From Rotaria socialis (lineage: Eukaryota): a stretch of 58,926 nt of DNA. Made by a program: the position numbers and the translations under genes. The notes below the pieces were generated by a model that saw only the letters and a list, made by a program, of their open reading frames with translations, was not told where the DNA came from and searched no databases. The stretch spans positions 1 to 58,926 of the forward strand of contig CAJNYD010000480.1 of assembly GCA_905331295.1 (NCBI GenBank), given 5' to 3'. Positions 39,385-53,950 of the stretch are shown piece after piece. How positions within the stretch are numbered: the first letter of the stretch is position 1; each line of letters begins with the position of its first letter.

Positions 39385-40854
39385 TCCTTCTGAAAATAAT
39401 ATTGACAATTACTTTAGATGTAGCATTCTACCCACTTACTAGATTGAGAAGTTGCATTGCCTCTTTGTTAGATGGACCTTACTTTATTCATAACTAACTT
39501 ACATGCTAATCACTTGAATAAATCTTGAAAAAATAAGTTCCGATTCTTTATTTACTAAAGAACCGTCGAAGCAAGAGTTCTATTTCAATCGCTTAGTTTA
39601 CATATTTTTCATATCATGCATGCTATTATACTTTAGATTCAGAGTAGAATACGACGCGTTTCGACAACTTACATTGTAATCATGAGTCATCTTTAGAATC
39701 TAATGTTGCAGAATAAAGTTTAAAATATATTATGAGATCGCCTAATTCATTAGAAAATTTCTCAATTAGCATGGAAGTCAAAGAAAACCAAGCCAGGTGG
39801 ATCAGTGAGGTTATCTGAAAGATGAAATTTAATGGTCTGTATCAGTTCAGAAATGGCGTCACTAACGTCCTACACGATTAAAAATACGGTGCATTTCGAT
39901 CTTGTTTACGAGTTATCATCAGGTATATTCGAAATCATCTCTATTTTTCTAGTCTCTAGGCTTCATTTGTATAGAACAACTGCAAAATTCAGGATGATTT
40001 TAGATTGGTTCCCTATAACGTATAATAGATCAGTTTCATCTACAGTTTCCTATGAAAGATATGTTTGACTCGAAATACAGAATTTATGCAGAAAATTGAA
40101 AGTTTTATTACTAAATTCATTCATACGACTGACAGATAAGTTTCGGATGCGATCTGCTTTTCGTTTCGTTGCTGGGATGAAGATTTACTGATCACTTATT
40201 AGTTTGTACGTGTTGCTTCCAAGATAGTTGTGGGTGGTTTCCTATAAATTAAATATTCTTCGAGGATTTAATTGATATTTCGTATCAATCTAATTGTAGC
40301 GTTTTTCAACGTTGACATTTCATATCCTAAGTGCTTTTTCCACCATGCAATAAATGTTTTGTGTAGTTGATTGAAAAAGGTGGAATCATATACATAATGG
40401 GATGCATACTATTTCTATGTGAAGTCTTGGTTGTACCACCGCCCCGTCATTATAGAAAATCCATCTTTAATTAATTCATCTTTATGATAATTAGGAATTT
40501 TCATTTGTTTTTCTCCATCAAAATATACCTGATTGTCAGTGCTTTCAGCTATAAATATTAAGAGAGTATATTCACAATTATACGTATACCCTTAAAACCC
40601 TGAATATCCTTATGAAAATCCTAAAAATTGCTTTTGCTTGTTGAATAACTATTTTAATTTAGTCTTCAGAAAAACAAATTGGAACTTAATGGGAGACCTT
40701 CTTGAAGATATTTATGCTAAAACATAATATAGGACGCTGGGTCTTTTACTGTGGGAAGGAGGAAGTAATCGGTTTGTTAAAGTAATCAAATAAAAGCTTT
40801 AATAGGTGCTTTTCAATATTTTTATTAATCTTCTATTTACGGATAGACACAATA

Positions 40855-43800
40855 CTATAATTCTTCACTGTCTCGAGAAACCATGCGATAATAGGCTGCA
40901 CGACGCTGCATCAATTCGTTGTGTGTATCACATTCGACCAGATATCCTTTGTCAAGTACACCGATGAGATCACATGAACGAATGGTAGAAAGACGATGAG
41001 CAATTATAAGTGATGCTTGATGAGGATCACTCGTTTGAATTTCTTCAAGGACTTTTTGCACAATCTATAAACAATCGCTGAGTGTTTTATTAGAAAATAG
41101 TAACGAACGAACTTTTTCATTGTGTGAATCCATTGCACTTGTGGCCTCATCAAGTAGCAATACTTTTGGCCGACGAAAAAGAGCTCGAGCAATAGCAATA
41201 CGTTGCTTTTGACCACCAGACAGCTGGCTACCTTTTCTTCCGACCCTTGTCTGATAGCCCTGATGGCATAAACAAAAATAAAAAGACGTTAAGTATAAAT
41301 TTTAAACGTACCTCTGGAAGATTTTGAATGAACTCGTGAATGTTAGCTTTGGTAGCTGCATCAATTATGTCGATGATAGATGCATCATCTCTACTATATG
41401 CTATATTCTCAGCGATTGTTAAATCGAAGAGGATCGGCTCTTGACTGACAAGACCAAAACAAGATCGAACCCAATGTATATTTAGCTGCCGAATATCGAC
41501 TCCATCAATGCACTATATTTGGTAAAGAAACACTCATTTAAAAATGTTGCCATCTGAAATGGATAGTATTTTACCAATTTACCATTTGTAACATCATAAA
41601 ATCGTTCTAAAAGTTGAATAACTGTTGATTTGCCTGAACCAGAAACGCCTATAAAAATAACAATTTATTATCGATGGGGAGAAATAGTTATTCGTCAAAG
41701 CATACCAACAAGAGCAATTCGTTGACCTGATCCAGAAAGTAAATAAGCCAAAATAGATGACTCATAATATCGTGTCTTACTTACCTGACTGGATGGAGAG
41801 TTGAAAATTGTTTAACACACGTACTTGTGATCGAGTGGGATATGAAAAATTGACTTGAACAAAATCAATTTGACCACGAAAGTCAACCTATATGTGAAAT
41901 TTGGAATGAATGAAAACATTACATATGCATAACTTGATGCATTTTTTCAATAGTGACTGACTAGTTCTTGACCTGTTGTTGAACCATTGTCAATAAGTGG
42001 CGTTCGATCAAATAATTCAAAAAAAGAATGAATAGCAGATAGAGAGGTACCAAAGTCCTCAATCCTGTAAAAAGAGAACGAAATGTAGGCAGAATGTATG
42101 ACGTTAATCACTTACATGGTCAAGACGCTACGTATAGATTGAATGAAAAACATAGCAAAAGCGAAAACTCTAGCATAGAATATTATCAGTAAAGGATTAT
42201 TTCTTAGAGAGTTTCTTACTTTATGATGTCGTTCATTTTCATTTCGTTGTGTTCGATAAGTACAAGAACACACCAATATATTATCGCAATGTTGTATGCA
42301 ATCATGGCCCAAATACCACTCATGATTAATCCAATTATTATCGAATAATTTCGGGTGATTCTGAAAAACGAAATTACCGATTAACTTCTTACAATATAAA
42401 TAAGAATACTCACCTAAATTTCTCCCAGATGAAATCAGAATATTGTTGTAAAACAACATCTTCGATTGTCAACTGTTTTATGGTGCGCATATTGTGAAGA
42501 ACTTCGACAGCCAGCTGTACAAAAGAAAAATATTTGAATGAATACTTATCTTTTTGAATCGAGAAACAGATATGTAAGACACAGAGTAAGTAACTATTGC
42601 TTTTATGCAACATAGATAATCTAGAATAGACAAAACCTACTGAGCCCGCGCGTTCTTGTAACATCCCAGAATGTTTGGATAGTTGATCTTGAACCCTAAT
42701 ATTAATGTAACCGAGAACACATATCAGTAGAATGCACAAGAAGACGATGCATGCTATTTGCCAACTGTAGAAAAATCCAAGTATCATTGCAATAAGGAAC
42801 ATAGAAAAAGTTTCACAGAATATTCCCAATCGAGGGCCAGTCATTTGTTGCACAGCCGATCCATCAGAGGAGAGGCGAGTACAAACAGCACCACAACTAT
42901 TTTCGGGTCGATCGAAATAAGCAACTTCCTGACGAAGAAGACATTCAAAAGTTTTGACACGAATGCGTTCAGTTAATTTTGAACCCGATACGGCAAAAGC
43001 AGTGAACTACGCACGATAATGATGAAAAATGATTTCTCTATTCAGTTAAACACGTACTTGTAAGAAACGAATTGCAAATGTTGCAACACCTAACAATAAG
43101 AATATGATGCTGAAAATGAGAACCTGATGCTGACGTTCAGCGCTAGTGCAACTTTCGAATCCCTGCAACAATGAGATAAAATTTTATTATCATAAAATAA
43201 AAATTCTATGAATGAATAACTTGCTTGGATTATCTTTGCTAATAGAACGACACATATTGGCTGAGTTACTCCTGCAGCTAAACACGCGAAACAACCGATC
43301 AGAATAGCAATTTTCTCCGGACTATTCATAGACACTAATCTTCGAAAGTCAGTCCATCGATTCGACAATAATCTTTTCTGAAAAGTAGTCTCTGATGATG
43401 ATTTATCATAAATTCTTCTATTTTCAAACATACCTCTCCTTTTATAGTATTCTGCTCATCACTATGACACCACGGAAGTCCAACTGTTCAAATAGATATT
43501 ACATTATTCGTTGTACATGACAATTTAATCAAAAACTAATTACATACCAGTTTGCTTTTCATCACATATTTTACTAGTACTTTGATAATTGTCACTTTCC
43601 ATATGCTCTTTCTGTTGTGTTTGAAATAATTCTTGATATGCACTTCCTTCATTTGCCATAAGTGTTTCATGTGTACCATGCTCAATCACAGTTCCGTTGT
43701 CAAAAACATAAATTTGATGTGCATTTCTTATCGTAGATAAACGATGAGATACAACAATTGTCGTGCGGCCTATAAATAATGATTTAGAAGTGAAAAATGA

Positions 43801-46800
43801 CAAGGAATATAAAAACCAATGCTGGCTCGATCTAGGGCTTCTTGGACGATTCTCTCACTGACATTGTCAAGTGCACTGGTTGCTTCGTCTAGTAGGAGTA
43901 ATGCGGGCTGTTTAACAAGAGCACGAGCTAACGCTATGCGTTGTTTTTCACCACCACTTAGTTGAACACCAGACTCTCCAACGAGTGTTTCGTATTTCTA
44001 CAACAACAACAACAACAACGAGAAGAACTTTCATTTTTATTTTTAAAAATATAGATATGCAATACAAACATTGGGCAGTGTCATAATAAAATCATGAGCG
44101 TTGGCTTGCTTCGCTGCTTCTTCGATTTCTATATTGCTCGCATCTTCTTTGCCATAAAGAATATTATTGTAAATACTGGTACCAAACAGATACTATTTTT
44201 AAAACTAATATTAAGAATATATAAACATGAAGAATAGATTACCGGCTCTTGACTGACAATTCCTATGTTTTGTCGAAGGTTTTTTATGTTGTAGTCCGAG
44301 ATTAGTTGATTGTTAATCTTAATATGACCCAGTATGGGCTCATAGAAACGAAGCAACAATGATATAGTTGTACTCTTCCCTATTTATTTTAACGATTGTC
44401 GTGCCATAGACATATTTTTCTTTAGAAAAAAAAATTTACCTGAGCCACTTTTGCCCACCAATGCAGTTGTCTCGCCAGCACGAGCCACTAAATCAAGATG
44501 ACGTATAACTTCCACATCCTTTCGAGCTGGATAAGCAAAATTCACATTTTCGAACTGAATATCACCATTTATATCTGTTGATTTGTGGCCTGACTCATAT
44601 TCATCCAATATTTGCATCTCAGTGATATTTTCCTTGAATTTTTAGATTGTATATGTAAATGGAGAGCGCTGTAGTCAATGGATAAGAAAGATAGTGTGAA
44701 ATAAATTTACCTCTTCAATTAGTCGATATACCGCTGTTGCTGCAGCACGAGCTTCTGCGAGAGATTGCAAGAACGGGCCGACATAACCAATAAAACTGAT
44801 ATCTTGTGCGAAAATCATCACAACCTGTGCACGAATAGAGATATATTATATTCATTATCATTAAATGTCCGAGAGAATAACTTACGGCAATGATATTACC
44901 TATGCTTCCTTTTTCATGCTCTGTGTACGTGAGATATGATCCTGTTATAAAGCCAACGAAGTATATCACATAAAGTATAAGACAGTTCCAGCCAAAAAAA
45001 ATACCAAGCGCGATGCCTTTGCGAATATTACTCTCTCTAGTTGTAAGTAAATTCGTTTGATATCTAAAGATAATTCATGTCACAAGGCTTCTCTTGCCAC
45101 AGAAAGGATTATTTCAGTATGTTTATATAACTTACCGCTTTTTTTCAAACTTGCCACCATTAAGCGACAAGACAGTACGCAGAGAGCTGAATACTTCTTG
45201 AACAATTTCATCTGCTTTCGAATATGCTTTTAACTGATTTATTGTTTCTTTAGCTACAAACTGTTCTAATATATAGAAGTCATATATATTCGAAATAAAA
45301 GTGTATACCTTGGAAAAAATGCTTGAACCGACGATGACTAGTGGTATTAAACATAGCATTATTAACGACAACTTCCAATCGAGAAAGATAGCCACGCCAA
45401 TGCCAAATATGGCATTTATTATTGCGTCAACTGTCATTGCCAATTCGAAACCGATGCCTTTGCCGATTTTGTCAATATTACTACGAAAGACAACGCAAAA
45501 ATAATGCACGTTGCATAATTTAGAACTAAAGTACTCAAATAGTTTGCTGTTCAGCTGACTAGTTGCACCCAAATCGAAGTAAGAAATTTTCTAGATAAAA
45601 AAGAAATGCAAACATAAACTTCTAAAAAGATGAAATTTTTAAGAGATTCTACAGTTTTTACCTACAGTTTTCTTTCTTTCTTGCATCAGAAAAGAGTCAT
45701 CGCCCATGTAAAAATATAAGAGAGCAACAACTAGCTTCGTAAGAATAGAAAATATTTTTCGCTAATATATCTTTCTGGTCGAGCTGTAAAGACGAAAGCT
45801 TTCTTCTTTTCTCGAAGATTTATTCTTACAATCTTTAGAAAATTAAACGTGAAAATTTGAAGTTGAGATTAACGCAAGACCATAAGTTGACTGATTCAAG
45901 TTCAAGTATCAATGAAGAGGTGAATAACTTCAATGAATTCGAATAATAGTATGAATAAAAAGAACCAGCACGCCTGTTTCAATGACAGACCAGTAAACAG
46001 TAACAGATAAATTTTATACAAATTATAAATTTATACTTCGGAAATGTTGCGACACTAAAATCAGCAAAACTCATCCCTAGACTAAAATGATAAGGGCTAT
46101 CAACGATAATGTAAGTGTGTGTGTATAGCGGCGGCGCCAGAAATTTTGATCTGGGGTGGCTGAGCCCCTCGCTTATATTTTCTAGGGGGCTGAAAAAATT
46201 TCNTTTTTTATCAAAATTTTGAAAAATTCTGGGGGGCTCAAACAGAATCTGAGGGGGCTCAGCCCACCCTAGCCCCCCATGGCGCCGCCACTATGTGCGT
46301 ATGTTTGTCTGCCTGTCTCTATCTTCATAAAACACATATGACATAAAACATATGGTGCAATTGACCCTATTTATTAACTGTAGTATGTAGAACCTTCATA
46401 GGAAGCAGTGCCCATGTCGTCACTTTTTCATAGATACCGCCGGTATACCGCGGTTTCGAGAATACCGGTGGTTAACCGTCCGTTTCTTCCGGTTATTAAA
46501 AATACCGGCAGTCTACCACAGTTTTCCGACGGTTCTATCTCTAAATTCGGTTTTCCGGATATCTATACCAAAAATACTTTTCTTCACCATGGTTCCATCT
46601 TTTTATCAACACAGAGCGCTAACTAATCCTCATTACATTTTTCTCAGATATAAAAAAAGAATGTGTGCTAGAGGGTACTGTATAACGGTAAACCGTTAGA
46701 ATCTAATGGTTACATTCTACATTTTCTCTTCTCTCCGTATTGAATAGATTGATCCGTTCAAAAGTATTACTCTCAAATTTGGCGATTCAACAACTCACGG

Positions 46801-49800
46801 TAAACCTTGCACAATGAACAACTCATTTGAAGATGCACTTAGCAACTACTCTCAGCTAATTTGTTTTTCTTCTAAATAATATATTTTTCCTTTTTAAGAA
46901 AACAGTTTCACGATAAATTCCTTTTTTTTAGATATTTATTTATTCCCAGAAGAGTCATTCCGATGGTAGGATCCTATCAGATTCCGACGGAAATCTCATC
47001 GGATTTTATAAGGAATTCAATAAAACGATGAAATCCTACGGGATTCCCGGTGACGGATCGACTGTCGGACCTTCGGATCCTACCAGATCCGATAGGATCC
47101 GGTTTAGGATTCATCCACCTGGGTTTATTCAACAGGAAATTCATTTACGAAATATTTAATTTTCTATGGTAAATAAAAATTGTCCTATTTTTATAGGTTG
47201 AATATTTTTGTTTTGTTTTGTCTTTCTAGATATATATTTGTTTCTCATATTGTTGTTCAACAGGAAATTCAGTTTGTATATAAGCTATTTTAAAATAAAC
47301 GACGAAATTTGAAGAAAAGTTAAATATCCTCTAGACGTGCTGATGCAGTTCCCAATCAGGATTCAAATGAATCTGATCAATGATGGTCACTGGCTAATAT
47401 GATTATGTATAGTTTTCTTTTCTTTTATTGTAAAATATGTCACGACAGATGATGATCGTCCACTTAATTAGATATAGAAGTATATGTTTTACTATACTTT
47501 TTTCTACTTTGTGTTAAAATTGCTTTTAATTGATTATTCAGAAAGTTTTTTGTGTTCGTGTGTTGTCTCTAATTTACTTGTATGTGTTATTCAAGTGAAA
47601 TATTTCTTTCGTGAAATTGTATGTCTATCGTATTGTGTATACTTTCATTATGTGAAATTGGTGATAAACTAAAAAAATATTTTTTGAAAATTTTCTGGTA
47701 AACGTAAATTTAAAAGCAAATCCCATACTAAGATTCTTTCAGTTCACAAATAACCGGTGGTACACCGCGGTTATTTGCCGGTTAACTGCCGGTTTCGGTC
47801 ACATGGGTGGTACTAAGTATCATTAATTGAGATGTAGTATAAATTAGAAAAATTTATAGATGAAAAAAAATTCGATACCGTGAAAAGTTTTTCAATTCAC
47901 TGACGAAAGTGAGAATCTTATGTTAGAAAAGATGAAAACAGTTTCTCATTACAATTCTAAAAATTTGTTGGTAGAATAGATAGTTGCAAATTTCTTTTAT
48001 CATTATTATTTTTCTATTGAGTCATTGTTTTACTCAATAACTATCACTGTTTTTCTTTGTAACTCTATGTAAGTATATAGTACATTACTGTAGAGCCAAG
48101 TAAATCGATTTTCGATGATTGTTACTTATTTGCTAATCGTACGAGAATATGAATGTAACTCGACTGCCTAACGCAACATGTGCACGTGTAATTGACTTTT
48201 TATTCCAGTGTTACATCGGAGGGGTGCACATTGTCTCATATAGAACCACGACTCGTGCAGTACCCTGTTTTTACAGAAATTTGAACATTCCTACAGACAC
48301 TAAACTTAAACATCAAATGCTATTTTTATCTTCTGTGTCTTTTTGCTGCTTCATGAGTTATAGCCTATCCATTTTATACATTAGTAATGAATAAAATAAA
48401 TTATCTTTTACATTTTCCCTGTGAGAATATAAGTGCTTTTATACAACTTTTGATATGTATCTGAACTGATACTACTGCGTACTCACCAAGGTACTAAAAG
48501 CAAAAATTGTGTACTTCAATCATATACGAAACTTTTCTTTTCATTATCAGTTTCCATGAATTTATTCTCGTAGTATTTAGTTTCGATTTTCAACAGACTG
48601 GTGAATCAGTTAGCATTTAGAGAGTAAGGGGATTTAATTATCACCAACTTTCAGTTGTTTTCTTTTCAAAGAATTGCAAATAAAAATTCCTAGTAAATTT
48701 GAATTCTAGAATTATGTTTCAAGTTCAGGAAAAGTGGGTGAGTTGTATCTGATAGATAACGCTGTGTAATTCCACTCTTTATCAAAGAAAGCCTGACAAG
48801 GTTTGAAAATGATTACACCTAGCTACCAGTTCGTACTAATAGAAGATTACTAGCAACGATTGAGACTAGACCTGTTACAGTTAGTGAAGCGAGAGCAAGA
48901 GCTGCTATCATTTTCTCAGCGCTTTTGAGAAGAACTGGACGCACTAGAAAGTTGCTTTTATGCGAACTGGATCAATGCCTGAATAAAGTTGGTCATCAGT
49001 AAAATAGAAACAAAAAGTCTGATTGAAAACAATCCTTCTGGGGACAGCATTCTTGAAAGGAAACGAATGAATGGTACCAGTTCTTAAAAAACGTACTTGT
49101 CACTAGTACTGTCTCATAGAAGTGTTACATGGCACAGACTAAATTAAGACTCTTTATAACACTTAATTTATTTCAAATTTCTTCAATAGTAATTCTTTGG
49201 TGAAGAACTTGTTTATCTTCAAATTATGTGAAGCAATTACTTGGATTCTGCAATATCTACTGCTGTAAGCTAAATCGAACTTACTCGCCGAAGAAGTGAA
49301 CGAAAGAGTAGCACACTAATGCGTGAGACTTGTCGTCTGGCAGCCAGTGTTGGTGCATAATATTCGAAAAACAAGCATACAAATTGAAAAGTCCCAATAA
49401 CTGTAAATTAAGAAGCCAGAATATTTTATTTCAGTCATATGAACATAGATATATATGTATATGATTATATTGTATCGAAGTTACCGTATTCGAAGAATGT
49501 ACAGTTGTATCAGGCATAATTGAAGAATCTGCAACTTCGCCGCATGCTTGTGAAAAAATTTCTAACTTTGATAAATAAATATCATCTCAGTACCTTCAGT
49601 TTAGTTAGCATAACAATGATCATCGATTGATTCATGACATTATCAATATTTATGTCTTCAGTTAGCTTTTCATTGAAAAAATGCACGAAATGTTTCTCGA
49701 ATACAATTTCAAACATTTGAAAAATTGAAGCTGGTACTTTTGAGCGCTGAAGAAAAATTAGGCCTAATGTATATAAATTCAACATTTAGTTTTATATAGA

Positions 49801-50785
49801 GTATGACATTATGGAAGTCTGCTTTTTTTCGATGGAAAACTAACTGCGAATAGATGAATTTTTTTATCATGTCATGAACTAATCAATAGTTTTTTCTAAA
49901 GCAATACAACTGAAGTGACTTCAGCGGCTTTAATTTGTCGAAATTAAAATTTTTAAACAACTATATGAGATAAAGTCACGATTTTATGAATTTTCTCCGA
50001 CTAAGTTATAACTTCGTTGATCGATGTAATTTTAATATTGCATATAAAATACTTACCGAATAACCAAATCACTTGGTGAATTACTTTAGCTCGAAATGCA
50101 GACATGTCTGAAATAAGTATGTGAGATGAGTTAGTACTGACATTATGACAAAATCTAAAAATAGCAATGAATCGCAACAATTAAAGTTCAAGATTGAATT
50201 AATCATTAATTTAGTCACAAACCTCTCGAATCGATCATAATTAGACGAATGAATATTAATACCAAGTGGACATTGAATGTTACTTGTTTTTGTGATTGAT
50301 GCATTTTTCTGTTGAACATAGCAGTTTTCAGTGAAGACTTTTTCAACCAATGTACCAGTGAGTTTCGCAAAGATAATCATACTTGTGATAAAACAAACAC
50401 CTCCTAATGCAGAAAAAAACCACCCAGCCAATGTTAAAACGATATCAATCCAATCAGCATAACGAAACTTAAATTATTCCGAATAATAGATACAAAAAAT
50501 ATATTGTTTCGTGCTGACATACCAGTTGCAAAAAACCAACAGATGAGTCGTCTAGAACATTTTCCACGTGATCACCGAGCGACTCATATCTGTCACTATC
50601 GTGTTCGCTATATCGACGCTGTTTGGTAAAGCTAAAATAATAACATTCATATTGAATTTCTCGCGAATGATCTATGTATATAAAAAAAAGGCTTACAGGT
50701 TTGCGACTTTTCGGCTCACTTTGCTCACGATACCATCATCCAAAGATTTTCTTGTCGTCGATAGTAAAGTCTGTGTTTCTTCCAT
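40855..50785 (-). CDS. ABCB1: Full-length ABCB (P-glycoprotein/MDR1-like) transporter, ~29 exons, TMD1-NBD1-TMD2-NBD2
   Basis: Start MEETQTLL at 50785; VGFLQLFRYAD across exons 2/3. NBD1: [45 protein letters not shown]2: [31 protein letters not shown]. Stop at 40855. Junctions checked keep the frame; one GC-AG intron near 43224, a 21-nt micro-exon near 41706-41726, and a 3.7-kb intron 45591-49284. The symbol denotes the subfamily, not proven orthology. Confidence 0.9.
46126..46293. mobile_element. hAT-type MITE in the large ABCB intron
   Basis: TIR TAGCGGCGGCGCCA...TGGCGCCGCCACTA; 8-bp TSD TGTGTGTA/TGTGCGTA (one mismatch). Confidence 0.8.
46945..47123. mobile_element. CCC-terminated MITE, shorter opposite-orientation relative of 54100-54468
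   Basis: CCCAG...CTGGG ends, TT flanks, GGATCC/CCGA repeats; its reverse complement matches both ends of 54100-54468. Confidence 0.72.
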
Positions 50786-53700
50786 TTTTTATCCGGCAAG
50801 AAAGCAAGCAGAAAATTCGATCTAAAAAGTTACGCATTTATAACTCATTAAAATCTCATTAATACGTCTGACAAATCACATGAGTGCTGCCGTCTTATAC
50901 AAGAGCATGAGTGCCATATCTCCTGTATCAGTGTCATCTATAATGGAATGGAACTAATAATTTCCATACAATCTGGTCATATAGTAAGTTCTAATCACAA
51001 GCACTCGTTACTCTTCAATATATGTATGTAAATTGGTGCTCATACTTCAACGATATCATCACATTTATAAAAATAACAGATGTTGATCATCTTTTAAATA
51101 CATAACGGTATAATTCTGGTGCTTTCTTTAAAAAAATAGTGTCATACTGAGCTTGTTTTCGGTACCGTTTACAAGTTCTAGTGAAAAATTCTAGAACCTA
51201 AAATGATTTTAGGCAGAACTGTTGGACTTAAAAGGTTCGAGACCTCCATTAAAACTCTAAATGGTTCAGTATGACAACTTTTTTTTCAGAGAGTATAAAT
51301 TAGAATTCCATTTCTTATTAATCCGTTATATATAGCTTGCATAAAAATTATTATATTACGACCTATACACGCAAGAAAAGTTCAAAACAAAAAAAATACA
51401 ATAGATGTAATTAAAGATTCAACACATTTGTCGTTAAGTGCTCATGCACCGTCACGCATCTGATGTGGCTGAGTTGCTGATCAATTTTAAGAAGATTGAT
51501 AAGTTCGTTGTGTCGATATTGATGGCGCACTTCGATGATTCTCTTTCCTCTTCCTTCTGTTCTCTTTCCATTGTTATAATATCTCTCTCCTGTCTCCCTT
51601 CTATCTCTTTCCTATACTCTCTAAAAAAAATCCGTTTCCTAGAAAACCCAAACCGGTTCGGAAACCCACTCGGAAACTTCTAGGGGTTTGCGAGTGGGTT
51701 TCCGAAAACTAGAACAGTTTTTTAAAATACCTTTCTGGTTTCCGAGGGCTCGGAAACCTGTTGGTTTCCGTAGACACCAATTCTGACACCCTTAAAGTAT
51801 TGTGGAATACCTTTTTCTTGATGCCGAAAACCGAATCGTATTCTCGGAAACCGTAGTGGTTTTCTAGGAAACTAATATTACCCGAAAAACTGAGTTGGTA
51901 TTCGAATGAGTTTGCGAGGATACCTTTTTGGTTTCCGAATAAAGACTTCGGAAACCTTTTCGGTTTCCGACCATACTTTATATCAAAAAGTACACTGGAG
52001 AACCGAAATCAGTTTCCGAGTTCTTTGTGATTTTGTGAAAGGTTTCAAAACTTTTAAAAATCTTCATAATCCTTCATAAAACCAGCCTGATTCGAATTCA
52101 GCAAGTCCCAGAGGAACAATATAGATGTTCGACTTTTATTTTTCGATCGTCGATTTCACGCAGTTTTACATATTTTTAACATGATGGAAACTTTATTTAC
52201 TTTATATGACTTGTTTCAGTGTGAATCGTTCTTTTATTCATCAATTTAAAAATCTAAAACTGTTTCATCCTTTCGAAGTAATATAGTATTTTCTTGAAAT
52301 TCTTGGTTTAACCTCAATGTTGAATATTCGAAGATAAATATTTTGTTAACATTTTGGAAACAATCAATTACTACTATTGAAAAACCTATGCAATTCTTGC
52401 TTTCAGCAATATTTGTATATTGTTCTGAAAATAGCTTTCAATAGTCTTTCTCAATTTATTCTCGTCGTCTGATATTTTCATCACTTTTATTGTGCAGTTT
52501 AATAACAATGAAAGATTAAGGCTCTAACGCACGTGTCACTCTATGTCGATGTACTTATGTTGGACTATTATTCAGTTCAATTCGAATGGAATATGCCGTA
52601 TTCATATAGAGATCTGCTGTTGACTAAATTAAAGGCACGTTTTGATTTTTAGTATATTGCATCGTGCTATGTGATAGATTACATTCTTTTTTTAAATCAT
52701 GTTCTTTTCATTTATTATAAGATAAAGTTATTTAGTGATCGGATATCATGTAAATGAACGTAATTTTCAATTAACGTACGATATATCAAGTTCCTGCGGT
52801 GGCATGTATAGAACGGGTGGAAGAAAAAACCGAAATAATCAAAACTGATTATCAAAATAATTCATTCAATGATCCAGATTTTAAACGATTGTCGCTCAAT
52901 ACTTATCAATTTTGATAAAGCTATACATCAGTTAACATCATTTTTACTTTCGTCGTATCTCATTTGAACTGTGAATCAATATTTTGGGCATTAACTAGTC
53001 ATACTTGGTGGTTAACTATAGAAAACATTTCAAGTCAACAATCACTTCGTTTTTTGTTCTAGATCGTTAGCATCATAGTTAATTTCATATTGTACGGCTA
53101 TGTCTAGTTATGTTTCAAAGTTCATCGCATAAGAATGATGAACTTAAAATAATGAAGATGACAATGAAAAAATACTTTGAAAGTTTCCTAAATCTGCGAG
53201 TCACCTTACAGGTTATTCGCAAAAAAAATGATAGTGATCAATTCAAAAATCAAGTTCATATAACACCATCTCAACTGACCTCAACAAATCATCAACCTAC
53301 ACAAAGACGAAAAGCCAATCAAATAGATGATTCTGAGCAGTTAGTTGAAGAAAATAGTCCATCAAAGAAAAAGACTCAGAATTACTCGACGAAAATGACA
53401 TTTTGATTGAATCATTTTTCTATTGAAAAAATAGTATCTAAAACTCCTTTTTTGTGTCCATCGTTTTCATTGAAAGTGTTTTACTCTGTACAGAAAAAAA
53501 TTATACACTCAATTGAAACTGCACATGTTCACACGCTCGTATCATCAGAAAAGCTAGACTAGAGCCAAGTATAAGAAATTGACTATTCTTATCAAGATAA
53601 TTTTCAAAACGTAGCACCAGACAAGGTAAATTGTATGATATGTATAAACAATACAATTTCTACTATTTTAACTTATCACGGACTACCATTCATTTTGTGA

Positions 53701-53950
53701 AAACAATTACGAAAACAAAACCAACAATCGTAATTAATGTCTAATTTCTAATATATCTATTAGTTTAATCACTTCCTACACATACTGAGAAACTAATGCA
53801 TATTGTTTGCTTGATTTCAAAGCTGGCCACAACGTACAGCTACAGTGATTTATATCTAATACAGCTAAGCCACCAGCTCATTTACAACGAACTCCGCTAC
53901 TCTAAAGTATAACTCTATCCGTAATTTCAGTTTCTTATCTTTCTATTGAG

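Noticed and set aside
46406..47814. Element bounded by ACCGCGG/ACCGG-rich ends
   Set aside because: Subterminal repeats are suggestive, but no clean TIR or TSD could be fixed.
53110..53406. 98-aa ORF with a basic SPSKKK patch as a standalone gene
   Set aside because: Low complexity, no recognisable domain, and inside a transposon; at most a relic exon.
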